The position numbers were made by a program, and so were the translations under genes. DNA of 64,000 bases, from positions 1,536,001-1,600,000 of the forward strand of contig OZ253449.1 in NCBI GenBank assembly GCA_965261345.1. Reading direction: 5' to 3'. The DNA comes from Chloroflexota bacterium (GTDB lineage: Bacteria > Chloroflexota > UBA11872 > VXNJ01). Shown here piece after piece: positions 28,478 to 39,913 of this stretch; position 1 is the stretch's first letter; every line of letters starts with the position of its first letter. The notes under the pieces are model-generated. The model made no database searches and was not told the origin of the DNA. It saw only the letters and a list, made by a program, of their open reading frames with translations.

Positions 28478-29882
28478 TCATGCGATGCTGGCCAGGACCT
28501 CCGCTAACTCGGCTTGGGCGCCGTCCAGGGTTTCGCGCACATCCAGGCCGTTGCGGATGTCTTCGAAGGCGCGGGTCATTACCTCCTCAAAGAGGATGTA
28601 ACCCTCACTCCTGGGCCGTCCGACCGCAGTGGTTTCCAATTCATATTCGACAAGTTGGCCAGCCGTCGTTCCACCCTCGCCGCGATCCCACGGCGGAGAG
28701 CTGATAAAGGCCGGCAGGGCACCGATTAAGGCGGGCGGGGCCACGTCGACGCTTAAGAAAGCGTCGCCACCGGTGTCCGATGTGGTCACCCAGGTGGCAA
28801 AGATACTTGCCGCATCTGTGTTCGGGCTGTTCGGGTTAACGCCGAGCGAGAGCGCCCCGGTCGGAGTGACGATTGGCTGGCCCTCAAAGTAACGGATGCG
28901 GGGCGAAACCAAGGTCGAAATCGAGTCCGCCTCCGGCTTCCCAAATGCCGCCCCAGTGAGTCCCACCAAGGTAGAAGGCGATGTCGCCGGCCGCAAATGC
29001 ACCGCTAGTTTCTCCTGCGGGCATGCCGCGAGGCGCGATTCCATCATCGCCGAACAAACTGGCGTAGAACTCCATTGCCTCAATCCAACCGTCATTGTTA
29101 ACGTCCGGTTCAAGGTTGCCGTCGCCAGTTAGGCTCGATCCGCCGCCGAGCGATTCCATGAGCGGTTGCAGCTGATAGTAGCGGCTCACCTGGTCAAACT
29201 GGAACCCCCAGGTGGCGCCACCGTCCATTGCCTGCCCCGCCAGGTCGATCAATTCGTCCCATGTCATTCGATCTTCGGGCGAGGTCGCCGGATAGGCGAT
29301 GCCGGCCTGGTCAAGCAACGATTTGTTGTAGTAGAGGATCTGGGTCGACGTGTTCAGCGGCAGGGCCATCAAAGCACCATCGACTTCGGATGCCGACAGG
29401 GCCGTTTCGACCCAGTCGGATTTGGCGTCACCAACGGTATCGGAGACATCGAGCAGGAATCCCTGCGCCGCCAACGCTGCCACCCGCGGTTGATCTGCGA
29501 TGTAGACGTCTGGGCTGTCACCGCCATCGCCAATTCGGCTCTGGATCACCTGGTTTAGCTCGCCGAACGGGACCGATTCGTAGGTGACCGTAATGCCAGG
29601 GTTTTCGGCTTCGAAGGCATCAATTAGAGGCTGGACCCCATCGGGACCGTAGAAGCCGAGGAACGAGATCTCAACCGGTGCGGCGGCCTCAGCCGCCGGC
29701 TCAGGTTCGTCGGTATCTGGTGCGGGCTCACTAGCTGCCGGCGCGGTCGTTGTTCCCGCATCGGTGGCGGTGGATCCGGAATCTTCATCCCCCGAATCGC
29801 ACGCTGCCAAGCCCAATGCCGCCAGCATCATCAAGCTGATGATGGTCACCAACGCTCGCCATCGGAACGTGGTTGTACTCAT
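28478..29882 (-). pseudogene. ABC sugar/nucleoside-binding lipoprotein, frameshifted
   Basis: LAAC lipobox, FE.ENP.I.V, LYYNK.L...G, TWDE; one extra base near 28890 splits PHP/YFEG. Confidence 0.82.
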
Positions 29883-30287
29883 GAATTACCCCTTGCAAAG
29901 GGTCGCAATGCGGCAACTCAACTTCGAGATTCTATGGTTGAGGCTTCGAATTAGGCTGGCCGTTTTAGGCAACGGTTCGCCCGGAACGGGGGTTCCAATT
30001 GCCGGCGGAGGCCATCGTCGGCCGACCGGTAAGGGCAGGCCTTCCGCGCCCTATCGCGAATCTACGGCCACGGCGGCGGGATTGATCCTGTTGCTTAAGA
30101 AACTTTGGGAACCCAGGGCGGTTGCCAATCGGAAGAATCCGAGCTCGCCGAATGGACCGGTTAATGGTTAGTTTTTGAGGCGCTGTCAGCGCGCCCGGCG
30201 GCCCCCGGTTTTTTGCGAATTTGCCAGGAGGAAACGGCACCTCACAACCAAAAGTGCCTGTATATCGTCGAAGTTTCCCCCAGGGTC

Positions 30288-32060
30288 CTAGCCAGGCCCA
30301 TCAACCGCAACGGTAATGATGTCCACATTGTGGTACTTGCGATGTTGGACCGACGAAGCATAGTGCCGCAGCAGGCGAAACGAAAAATCCCGATCGTCGG
30401 GTGCCCCTGGCTCGTCGCTTAAGAATGCCAATCGGTCCTCGATGTTCTCCTCTTCCGAAGCGGCCGCGAACTCAAGTTCAATCCGGCCTGGTCCGCGGCG
30501 CGCGCTAACTATCAAGTTATGCCTTGTATTGGCGACCTGATCGCCCAGGATCGGCAGCAGGCTCGCTAGGGTCTCCTCCCCGGCCGAACGCAGCCGATCG
30601 ATCGCAGTCTTGTTCCAACCGGCACTGGTGGCCAAATCAAGCAGGAAGCGGTCAATCTTCGGCAGAGCGGAAAGGCCAAGCTCGACCTTGAGGCGCTTGC
30701 GCCGCGACGTGGTCAATTCCATCAATGTCGTTAGCGCAATGACGCAAATTGCCCCGATAGTCATACCGTCGCTGAGAAAGATCTTTCATGGCCCATTGAG
30801 CAGATCGGGAAAGATCAGTTGGTTCTGAAAACCTATTCCCAGCCATAGCGAAATTCCCACGATCGTCGACTTGCGGCTGTCTATTCCGTCTTGGAAGACG
30901 GTTCGCATCCCCCGAACAAAGAGCAGCGCCACCATGACCAATATGTACGCCACCAGGACCGGGCGCGGGATGGCGCCGATTACGCTGATCAACTTCGGCG
31001 ACAGCGCCGTCGCGATCAGAATTGCCCCTCCGAAAACTCCAACCCGACGCGCAGCTACCCCGGTAAGGATTATTCGCGCCGAATTGGAGGAACCAATTCT
31101 GGTTGGCAGCGTACCGGCGAATGCGGCGAGCAGGTTGACCAATACAAGGATGTTGTGGGCGCCTTGGACCACCCGAAAGTCGGGCGCCCGCGGGCGACGC
31201 CAGGCTACCTGCTGGATGGCGACTGTTTCGCTGATGGAGTTAACGGTAGTTGCCAAATTCACGAAGATGAATCCCGGCAGCAGAGCCCAAAAGGTGGTGT
31301 TGAAACTCAAATCGAAACCCGGCCAAACAACCGTGGGAATGCCGATCCAGGGGGCGTTGGCCACTTTCTGGAAGTCATACACATCGAACGGTGCTGCCAC
31401 AACGCAACCCGCCAGGATTGCGATTACCGGTGCCCACTGTTGCCAGGCCGGCGAGGCAAAGAGCTTTAGGCCAACAAAAACTACCAGCGTCGCCGCGGCG
31501 ATGGTCGGAGCGGCGGCCGGTGGTGAACCTGCGGAATTGTCAGACACCCTGGAAAGCACGACTGAGATGACTGTTGCTGCCAGCAGCATCAGAACGGTGC
31601 CGGACACCGCCGGAGTTATTATTCGGCGCAATTTCGACAGTTGGGCAATCAGGCCGAACTGAATCAACGCCGATGCTGCAATAAGCGTCGATAGCAGGGC
31701 GGGACCGCCCGCCAACAGGGTTGAGGTGGATACCGCAATAAATGCCGTGGCGGTGACCACGCTGATCGGATAGCCTGATCCGAATCGTCACACACGGTAC
31801 GTCTGCGCGATATGGGCCAATCCGCAAATCACCAAACTCGTAAAGAAAATCCAGGCCAAATAGTCCTGGGACTGATCGCTAGCTTGGGCCACGATGGCGG
31901 TGGTGGCGGCCATCGCCGCCAATCGACCTACGACATTTTGAAAGCCGTGGCCGAGCGCGGCCAGGGGCGGCGGAGACTCGTCTGGTTGGTAGAGAATCTC
32001 GTCGTTTAGCGCGGCTGTGCTCAAAGGCTGTTCCCCGGGATTGATAGGCTGCAGCCGCAT
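30288..32060 (-). pseudogene. NCS2 xanthine/uracil permease with C-terminal HATPase-like domain, disrupted
   Basis: Y.PDE.PP, TP.VSG.V, TGVAARRVG, IPRPV; frameshift near 31790 and in-frame TGA at 30786-30788. Confidence 0.78.
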
Positions 32061-32648
32061 GCTTTCGCCCGACGGCATGCGGTCTTGCCAGAGCGCTCAG
32101 CTATCCTATCGCCGACCATCGGATTGCAAGATTTTTTCTTCAGCGTCAGGGACCATCCGGCAGCTTTGCACTTGCCATGCGGTAACGGTGCTGCCATCGT
32201 CACCCGATAGTGTCGCCGCGCGCCCTTTACGAGCGACTACCGCGTGGCTGCCCGGGCTCGCCGGACGTCGATTAACAACCTTGTCGCAGGGCTCAGAATG
32301 AGGTGGCTGGAATCAGCTGCAAATCCAGGTAATACGGCCGCGGGATTTTGTAATCCAGGGTGCGTCGGCGCCGCTAGATAGGTTTCTCTGCCACGTTCGC
32401 CAATCGCTTGGCGACGATCGATGAGCACTTAACCCGTTGCATCAATCTAGATGCTCAGATATAAAAACGGAGAAGGGGTTATTGGGCGTTCCGCCGGCAA
32501 TAGAGTATTTAAGTAATCGACCGATGCGACCAACCCCACCCATCCCAACTTACGGCAACGGCGCATTGCTGAAAGATCGATTTCGACGAGCGAGTGACGT
32601 AGGTTTGCGGGCGAAGCGCGCCGGCGGATGCGAGGCAAGGCGAGGAAG

Positions 32649-33122
32649 ATGAACGGTCCGGAAGCATTCATGGCGCGCGCGATCGAGATCTCGCGCCGAC
32701 AGGGGTTATCAGGGCGCGGCGGCCCGTTCGGGGCGGTTGTGGTCAGCAACGGACGGGTGATTGCCGAGGGGTGCAACCAGGTGACCTCGGGCATCGATCC
32801 GACCGCGCACGCCGAGATCGTGGCGATCCGCGCCGCCTGCCGCAATCTCGGTCGCTTCGACCTGGCCGGGTGCGAGATCTATTCGAGCTGCGAACCCTGC
32901 CCGATGTGCCTGGCGGCCATCTTCTGGGCGCGCCTGGACCGCGCCTACTTTGCCAACGACCGCGAAGATGCGGCGCGGATCGGATTCGACGATGCCGAGC
33001 TCTACCGCCAGATAACCCTGCCGGTAGATAGCCGCGCGATCCCCATGATCCACCTCCCCAGCCGTGAGGCGCTCGACGTCTTTAGCGCTTGGGAAGCCTT
33101 TCCCGACAAGGTCCCGTACTGA
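32649..33122 (+). CDS. Nucleoside deaminase (guanine deaminase-like)
   Basis: GGPFGAVVV, DPTAHAE, SCEPCPMC, GFDD. Confidence 0.92.
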   Translation: MNGPEAFMARAIEISRRQGLSGRGGPFGAVVVSNGRVIAEGCNQVTSGIDPTAHAEIVAIRAACRNLGRFDLAGCEIYSSCEPCPMCLAAIFWARLDRAYFANDREDAARIGFDDAELYRQITLPVDSRAIPMIHLPSREALDVFSAWEAFPDKVPY

Positions 33123-33662
33123 CGCTACGCGCGCCCCGACGGGCGGCGCTAGGCTGGAATTCCGCACCAGCAGTTGCGGAACGTCGCGCGATCAAGAATC
33201 TCGCCGATGCGGGCTTGAGCCCGAGGCAGATGCTCGGGATGGCGCAGCTGGAATCGACGGGGTCGGTCATCGGCGCCGTGAGCAGCAGCGACCAATTCCG
33301 AGTACAAGCCCACGGCACGGCCGCAGGTGCTGTGGAAGGCGCTAGAGCACGCCAAATCACATGGTCACTAAATGCGGGGCGATTGCCCGCCAGATTGAGG
33401 TTTCCCGCAACGCTGCGCGCTAAAAAGCCCGTGCTCGCACTCCACCATTGAACCGATGGCCGCAAATAATTGCGGGAAGCGGCCGAGAACGATCGCGGCC
33501 ATCCGGCCTGACAAAGTCGCTGAGCATCGACAGGAGTAGCCTAAAGCCTATGGTGATTAACACGCGCTGGCAACCGGGCAATCAGCGACCAACAGTTGAG
33601 CTTGACCTCAATCCGACTTCTAAACTAGTCTGATACCTAGTCTTTTGCCTTTGGAGCGAATC

Positions 33663-33923
33663 ATGAGCAAGAAATGGGCGGTCCAAGACGCCAAATCGAG
33701 GTTCAGCGAGTTCCTCGATACCACTCTTGCCGAAGGGCCGCAGATCGTGACCAAGCGAGGTGTGGAAACGGCAGTGCTCCTTCCCATTGAGCAGTGGCGG
33801 ATGCTGGAGCGGATGACCAGGCCGGACCTGAAGGAGTTGCTCCTCGCCTCGGAAGCGCGGACCGAGGACCTTGCACCGCCGCGCCGACGGCATCGCCACC
33901 GAACACCCTTGGTCGTCGAGTAG
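33663..33923 (+). CDS. Phd/YefM antitoxin
   Basis: W.VQDAKSRFSE...GPQIVTKRG..TAVL. Confidence 0.9.
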   Translation: MSKKWAVQDAKSRFSEFLDTTLAEGPQIVTKRGVETAVLLPIEQWRMLERMTRPDLKELLLASEARTEDLAPPRRRHRHRTPLVVE

Positions 33924-33930
33924 GCCCATC

Positions 33931-34344
33931 GTGTACCTTCTCGATACCAACGTGGTCTCGGAGCTGCGTCGGCCCCGTCCACATGGCGCTGTCCTGGATT
34001 GGATCTCGGATGTGCCTGCGGAACAGCTCTTCATGTCTGCAGTTACGGTTGGTGAGATACAGGCGGGGATCGAGATTACCCGCGAGCAGGATGCGGCTAA
34101 AGCGGCGGAGTTGGAAGCATGGTTGGACAAGGTTCTGGCCTGCTTCGGCGTATTGCCAATGGACGCACCCACATTCCGGGAGTGGGCACGGCTCATGCCC
34201 AGGAAGTCAGACACAATGACCGAAGACGCCATGATTGCTGCGACCGCCACTGTGCACCGGCTGACAGTGGTCACCGGCAACGTGAGCGACTTCGGGCAGT
34301 TTGGGGTTCAGTTGCAAAACCCCTTTGAAGGCGAGGCGCGATGA
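33931..34344 (+). CDS. vapC: VapC PIN-domain toxin
   Basis: YLLDTNVVSE, S..T.GEI..G, DAMIAATA, VVT.N..DF. Confidence 0.9.
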   Translation: MYLLDTNVVSELRRPRPHGAVLDWISDVPAEQLFMSAVTVGEIQAGIEITREQDAAKAAELEAWLDKVLACFGVLPMDAPTFREWARLMPRKSDTMTEDAMIAATATVHRLTVVTGNVSDFGQFGVQLQNPFEGEAR

Positions 34345-34635
34345 CCACGGCTCAGCGGGACCAGTTAATGGCAGGACAGACGATACCGGCGCAACCAATG
34401 TCTACGATGAGCGTACCTGATTTGCTGGATGGGAACTGGCTCGTTTCGCCCTTGCAGCGTCACGCTGGATGAACAATCAAGCCGAATTCCTGAACCAGGC
34501 GTTAGCCTTGTGATCGCCCGGTTATTTCTTATCCCACAATCGCTGCGTGTTGACAGAAATGGCTCAAAACTGACGGCGATTGAAGCGCCCTAATTACCTC
34601 CGTCAAATCGGACGGGCATTTCGAATTTCAGGCGG

Positions 34636-35769
34636 TTATTCAAGCGGAGCCAGGACCTTCCACGCGCAGTACTGGCGATTACGTCGGTTTTGTCCTACCT
34701 GAGCAATGATTTCCTTTTCCTGTAGTCGGGCAAAAGCCCTTTGCGCGGTCGCAAAAGCGACGTTCAATTTGATCGCTGCTTTTCCCACCGTCCAGAACGG
34801 GTTCTCGGCAAACAGCATCAGCGCCTTCTCCACTGTTGGTGCCGAATCACCTTTAACTTGCTTACGCCATTCTTCAAACAGACCGCTGATCGATCGGATG
34901 TACCCGACAGCTTGATCTGACTGCAGGCGAATGCCGCGCAGGAAATAAAGCAGCCACTCCTCCCATTCGCCACGTTCAGTAATCGCCTGGAGGCGATGGA
35001 TGTACTGGTTGCGCGTCGCATCAATATAGACGCTCAGATACAGCAACGGGGAAGGGATTATTTGGCGTTCCAGCAGCAGCAGCGCAATGAGCAATCGACC
35101 GATGCGACCATTCCCGTCCTTGAATGGATGAATCGCCTCGAACTGGGCGTGCGCAAGCGCAATGTGAATCAGCGGGGGAAGCCGATCGTCGTGTAAAAAA
35201 TTTTCCCACGCGTCCAGGCAGTCTGCAAGATCGGACGGCGGCGGCGGAACATAACTTGCCTCTTGCAGCGCGTCCCCGGGAGAGCCAATCCAGTTTTGAG
35301 CCTTACGAAACTCGCCGGGTCCAACGGATTCTGTCTTTTGCCCCGCCATTAGGCGTGCGTGCAATTCACGAACTAAGCGCAACGATACCGGGAGGGAATC
35401 CAAACGCTGCTGCCCGTATTCAAGGGCGGCTACGTAATTGGAAACTTCCCAATAATCCGCGGTTGGTTGGATGTTAGGGGAACCGGCTTCAATTGAAAAC
35501 AGCTCTCTAACTGAAGTCCGGGTGCCCTCGATGCGACTGGAAAAAACCGCCTCCGCGCGAATGAGTAACGGGATCAATCGAAGAGGATTGGCCCACCTCG
35601 ATCCCTCGCCGGCGAGTCTCCCAATAGCTAGGTCAGCGTGCGAGAGAGCAACGACCAAATCTTCACTCCAGGTAAGCGGTGGCGGAAGCGGAGCCGGAAT
35701 GAAGGCGTAGTAGCCATCCGGACAATACTGCTTGCGGCCATGCGCTGCGCGGGGCCTTGACTGAGTCAC
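34636..35769 (-). CDS. Fic-family protein
   Basis: SSRIEG inhibitory motif, HPFKDGNGRIGR, C-terminal HTH. Confidence 0.92.
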   Translation of the reverse strand: MTQSRPRAAHGRKQYCPDGYYAFIPAPLPPPLTWSEDLVVALSHADLAIGRLAGEGSRWANPLRLIPLLIRAEAVFSSRIEGTRTSVRELFSIEAGSPNIQPTADYWEVSNYVAALEYGQQRLDSLPVSLRLVRELHARLMAGQKTESVGPGEFRKAQNWIGSPGDALQEASYVPPPPSDLADCLDAWENFLHDDRLPPLIHIALAHAQFEAIHPFKDGNGRIGRLLIALLLLERQIIPSPLLYLSVYIDATRNQYIHRLQAITERGEWEEWLLYFLRGIRLQSDQAVGYIRSISGLFEEWRKQVKGDSAPTVEKALMLFAENPFWTVGKAAIKLNVAFATAQRAFARLQEKEIIAQVGQNRRNRQYCAWKVLAPLE

Positions 35770-36154
35770 TAAATCTGATTGCTCAGTTATCGAGCGTGAA
35801 AATAAAGAGGTTGCTTATTCTCGTATAGTGTGCGGAATGAAAATAAGCGACACGCTTGCCAGTGGGCAGCACCCCGGCCCGCCAACTTTTTGTTCGCGTT
35901 ACCCGAAAGCGAACATCCAAAGCGGCAGATCAATCTAAAAGCGTCCCAGTCCAATTGAGGCTGGTCACGGTTGGGCATTTTCACGGGCTTGAAAGATCTA
36001 GGTTTCCGTAGAAAAATGAGCCCATAGTCGGGGTCGCCATCAAGTGGCAAGCAGCGGGTCGTTTACAAACCCGAATTGATCGCCCCATGCCGACGCGAAG
36101 CTTGGCAAAGTAGGCTGATCTGGCGATCAATTTGCACTTTGAGGGAATTGGCAA

Positions 36155-36973
36155 TTGTCCAGCGCAATGAATAAGTTTGCGGATTCCTCGCGGCGGCTGA
36201 CGCAATCGCACGCATTCGAATTCGGCATCATCGCCGTCATCCTGCTCAATGCGGTGCTACTGGGAATCGGGACGTTGCCGGAGATGGATCGCAACTATGG
36301 CGAATTGATGGGTCGGGTTTACCAAGTAACGCTCGGGGTATTCATAGTCGAGGCGCTACTGAAGATGTACGCCGCCCGACCTCGTCTGGCCGGTTATTTT
36401 CGGGACGGGTGGAACGTCTTTGATTTCCTGGTGATAGTGTTTGCGTTGATTCCGGCGACCGGCCAATTCGCGGTGATCGCGCGGTTGGCGCGACTGCTGC
36501 GAGTGCTGCGCTTGGTTTCGTCGATCAAGGAATTGCGCCTCATCGTTGGCGCCTTGGTCCGCTCGATTCCCAGCGTAGGTCATGTCATGGTGCTGATGGG
36601 CATCATCGTCTACGTCTACGCCATCATCGGCTACCACCTCTTTGGGCAGCACGACCCCGAGAACTGGGGGAACCTGGGACTCGCATTCCTCTCGCTTTTC
36701 AACATCATCACGTTGGAGGGTTGGACGGTTCTCATGTACACCGCGATGGGATTTAGCGGGCTGGCTTGGATCTACTTTGTAAGTTTCATAGTTATCGGAA
36801 CCTTTGTGGTGGCAAATCTGTTCATCGCCATCATCATCAACAACTTGGATGAAGCCAAGATGGAGCGATTGCGCGAATTAGAGCGGCCGGTCTCGCGCGA
36901 AGAACTCCTGCGTGAAATCAGAACCACCCAGGATGCGTTGCGGCGGCTTGAAACCCGTATCGGCGATCACTAG
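36155..36973 (+). CDS. Prokaryotic voltage-gated cation channel (BacNav/Cav-like)
   Basis: WN.FDF, S4 ARLARLLRVLRL, filter TLEGW, NLFIA, C-terminal coiled coil. Confidence 0.92.
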   Translation: MSSAMNKFADSSRRLTQSHAFEFGIIAVILLNAVLLGIGTLPEMDRNYGELMGRVYQVTLGVFIVEALLKMYAARPRLAGYFRDGWNVFDFLVIVFALIPATGQFAVIARLARLLRVLRLVSSIKELRLIVGALVRSIPSVGHVMVLMGIIVYVYAIIGYHLFGQHDPENWGNLGLAFLSLFNIITLEGWTVLMYTAMGFSGLAWIYFVSFIVIGTFVVANLFIAIIINNLDEAKMERLRELERPVSREELLREIRTTQDALRRLETRIGDH

Positions 36974-37353
36974 GCTGCCCGCGATCGCATTCGGTTGGAG
37001 CAGATCTTTGCAATGTACTTCCGGAGTTTGGGACGAATCACCTCACGAACCGTTCAATTTGCCGGCAACACTGGCAGGCAATGGGCTCTCGGGTAGACAT
37101 AATCGCTGTCAAAATTTGTAGCTTGACCCATTTGCGTCCGGGCTTGGTGAGAGCGGCTTGGTCAATTCTTCGGTGAGTGTTTTGGGACGATCTGGCTAAC
37201 GGCGACCGCCCCGGATCGCGCCCGCCAGAATGCCAGCAAACTCATTTGATCGTGATTTTTGATCTCTTAGCGATTAGGGGGCGCTAGTCCCGTAGGGGCA
37301 CAAGCCGCTGCGGAGCCGTGAACAACGCCGGTTACTTCTGCAGGGAACGTCAG

Positions 37354-38127
37354 TTACTTTTGCAGAGTTTTCTCCCGGATTATTTCCTCCTTCTCTAGCC
37401 CAGTCCGGTAACTGGGTACGTCAAATTCAAGCACCACGGCGTGATGGACGATTCGGTCGGCCGCCGCCGCGGTGGCCATCGGGTTGGGAAAGATCTTGCC
37501 CCATTCGCTAAAGACCAGGTTCGAGGTGATCCCAATCGAGCGCCGCTCGTAGCGCTCGGCGATCAACGTAAACAGCACCTCGGCCTCATCGGTCCCCTGC
37601 GGCAGGTAACCCAGATCGTCGATGATGATCAGGTCGATGTAGTCGAGCTTGCGCAACAGCCGGGGCAGTTCCAGGTCGCGCTTGGCCGCCAGAAGTTCCT
37701 GCACCAGCCGGTAGGCGGGTGCAAACAGCACCGATCGGCCGTTCTCGACCAGCTTGTGTCCGATCGCACACAGGGCATGGGTCTTGCCGGTCCCGGGCAG
37801 GCCGAAGGCCAGGACGTTGACGGCCCCGTCCAGGAACTGACCCTCGAGCAGGTCCTGGAGCTGGGCGCTGAGCGGCGGCGGCAGGTTCTGGCGATCGAAG
37901 TTGTCCCAGGTCTTCCCCGGCGGGAGCTTGGAGGACTTGCGCAGCCGGTCCACCCGGCGCTGGCGCCGATCGTCCATCTCCTGGCAGAAGACTTCGAGCA
38001 GGGTATCGAGCGCGTCGACATGACCGGCATCTACGAAGCGCTCAACCGCCTCGGTCCCGATCGTGGGCAGCCGCAGCTCCTTGCACATGAGCTTTATCTG
38101 CCGGGCGGCAACGGATGGCGCGGTCAT
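37354..38127 (-). CDS. istB: IstB helper ATPase
   Basis: GLPGTGKTH, IIDDLGY, ERYERRS, TSN..FSEW, DRIVHH. Confidence 0.95.
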   Translation of the reverse strand: MTAPSVAARQIKLMCKELRLPTIGTEAVERFVDAGHVDALDTLLEVFCQEMDDRRQRRVDRLRKSSKLPPGKTWDNFDRQNLPPPLSAQLQDLLEGQFLDGAVNVLAFGLPGTGKTHALCAIGHKLVENGRSVLFAPAYRLVQELLAAKRDLELPRLLRKLDYIDLIIIDDLGYLPQGTDEAEVLFTLIAERYERRSIGITSNLVFSEWGKIFPNPMATAAAADRIVHHAVVLEFDVPSYRTGLEKEEIIREKTLQK

Positions 38128-39650
38128 CGTCGGGCCCCGGTAAGCAAACGATCGTAGATTGCCAGGTCGGGTGTTGCCAGGGATGCCAGCTCGGGTATCG
38201 ACGGCGAGCGCGGCGCGACCAGATCGCGCACGTTCTGACAGTCGAAGCGCTCGCCCTTATCCAGGAGTCCGGCCAGGGCCCTGGCCACGTCGGCCTCCAT
38301 GGTTGTGGCCGCCAGTTGCAGGATGCGCAGGTAATTGACGTCGGCGCTGTGCTGACCGCGCCACCCCAGGAGCGCATCGTAGGCGCGGCGGAAGGTAAGG
38401 GTGGGGAAGAGCTGGTCGCGCCAGCGGTAGCGGGCAAATGCGCCCGGTTTCCTAACCAGCGAGGCGATTACGTGGCGGTAATTGACGCGGGCGCGCCGGG
38501 CGCCGCTGACGCGCTCGATGCGCTCGATGAAACTTCCCTTGTAGTAGACGTCCAGGTGCTCGGGGTAGAGACGGGCTTCCACCTTTTGCCCGATCAGGCG
38601 CGGTGGTACCGTGTAGGTGCGATTGGAGACCCTGATGGTGCTCCATTTGCGCACCCGAGCCTGGTACGTGACGTAATCGGGCAGGGGAGTCGGCGGTAGG
38701 GGCCGAAGGTGTGAGCGCTCAATCTCCGTCCTGGCCGCTGCCGCCCGGTTCTTTTTGTCGACTATCGCCAGCACGAAGTCCCGGTAGTCGCCGACGCAGT
38801 AAAAGTCCGAACTCCCGCGCAGCAGCAGCTCCTGCCGCAAAAGATTCTTCATCCGCCGGTGGGCCTGCTCCACGACCCCGTTCTCGTGCGCCTTGCGCGG
38901 ATTGGTGCGAGTTGACTTTAAGCCGTAGTGCTCCAGAAGCTGGCGATAGGTCCGGTTCAGGGTCCGGCCGCCGGTCTTCCGCAGCTCGTGGGTGACCGCC
39001 GAGAGGTTGTCGGAACGGATGATCTGCGGGGTCCCGCCCAGCTCGTAGAGAGCGTGCTGCAATCCCGACTTGAGGGACATGAAGCTCTCGGTCGAGGAAA
39101 GCTCGACGTAGCGCCAGCCGGAGTGGGAGAGCACGAACTCGAACAGGAGATGCGGGAAGGGCGTCCCGGCGATCGTCACCTCCAGCTTGCTGGCGCTGGT
39201 GAAGTCCAGCTGCGCCTCCCGGCCCGGCGGATGGACCTGGGGGAAGTAGACCTCCCGGTCGGGGCCTGAGAGCGCCCGCCAATCGCGGACCCGGCGCTGC
39301 AGGGTGCGCAGTTGTGCTGACGAGAACCGATCCGGGTACTTGCCGCAGAGCCGCTCCAGGATGGTGGTGGCCTGCAGTACCCCGTTGCGGTCGCTTTGCA
39401 GGAGCGGCACGACCTCCTCTTCCCATACCCCTCCGAAGGGATCGGGGTGGGTGCGCCAGTGGCGATCTTGCCTTTTGCTATCGGACGGGAGCTTCCCTTC
39501 GCGCCAGTTATGGCCCGAGCGCGCGCTCATCCCGGCCACCGCCGCGGCGGTGGCCATCTTCTTGCTTGCATCAGTTGCAGCCTCAGTAGTGTGACTTGTC
39601 GATCGGTGACCAAATCGGCGTCTCCAGTCGGGAGATCTCCAATCAGTCAT
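38124..39650 (-). CDS. istA: IstA transposase (apparent 5' frameshift)
   Basis: LRTLQRR, AQLDFT, RSDN, ENG.VE; the expected N-terminus LVTDRQV lies in another frame, implying a 1-nt loss near 39565. Confidence 0.88.
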   Translation of the reverse strand: MTDWRSPDWRRRFGHRSTSHTTEAATDASKKMATAAAVAGMSARSGHNWREGKLPSDSKRQDRHWRTHPDPFGGVWEEEVVPLLQSDRNGVLQATTILERLCGKYPDRFSSAQLRTLQRRVRDWRALSGPDREVYFPQVHPPGREAQLDFTSASKLEVTIAGTPFPHLLFEFVLSHSGWRYVELSSTESFMSLKSGLQHALYELGGTPQIIRSDNLSAVTHELRKTGGRTLNRTYRQLLEHYGLKSTRTNPRKAHENGVVEQAHRRMKNLLRQELLLRGSSDFYCVGDYRDFVLAIVDKKNRAAAARTEIERSHLRPLPPTPLPDYVTYQARVRKWSTIRVSNRTYTVPPRLIGQKVEARLYPEHLDVYYKGSFIERIERVSGARRARVNYRHVIASLVRKPGAFARYRWRDQLFPTLTFRRAYDALLGWRGQHSADVNYLRILQLAATTMEADVARALAGLLDKGERFDCQNVRDLVAPRSPSIPELASLATPDLAIYDRLLTGARR

Positions 39651-39913
39651 ATCAATAGGGCTGCAAAAGTAACTGTCGTCAGTTCTGCAAAAGTAACTGC
39701 CGTCGAACAGAGCCGTCTAGGAATTGGGTGCGGGCGAGATTGAGCCTGATTCCCAACTGAACTCCGCGCCGCTCTAACGCTAGCGCTGCATGGATTGATC
39801 GGCGGGAAGGTTTGCCAGCGCCCGCGGCTCTATGATCTGCCCCAAGCTAGTGTCAAGATGTCAATATCGCCGGAAACTGCGCACCTAGGCATGACTTTCC
39901 CCGTGATCGGTTG

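Larger units (their letters stand above)
37319..39709 (-). mobile_element. IS21-family insertion sequence
   Basis: TG...CA ends with internal GTTACTT(C/T)TGCAG repeats at both ends; 6-bp target duplication GAGCCG (37313-37318, 39710-39715). Confidence 0.92.

Noticed and set aside
33089-33451. 120-aa ORF after the deaminase
   Set aside because: No start context or recognisable motif; it may be a gene fragment but is unsupported.
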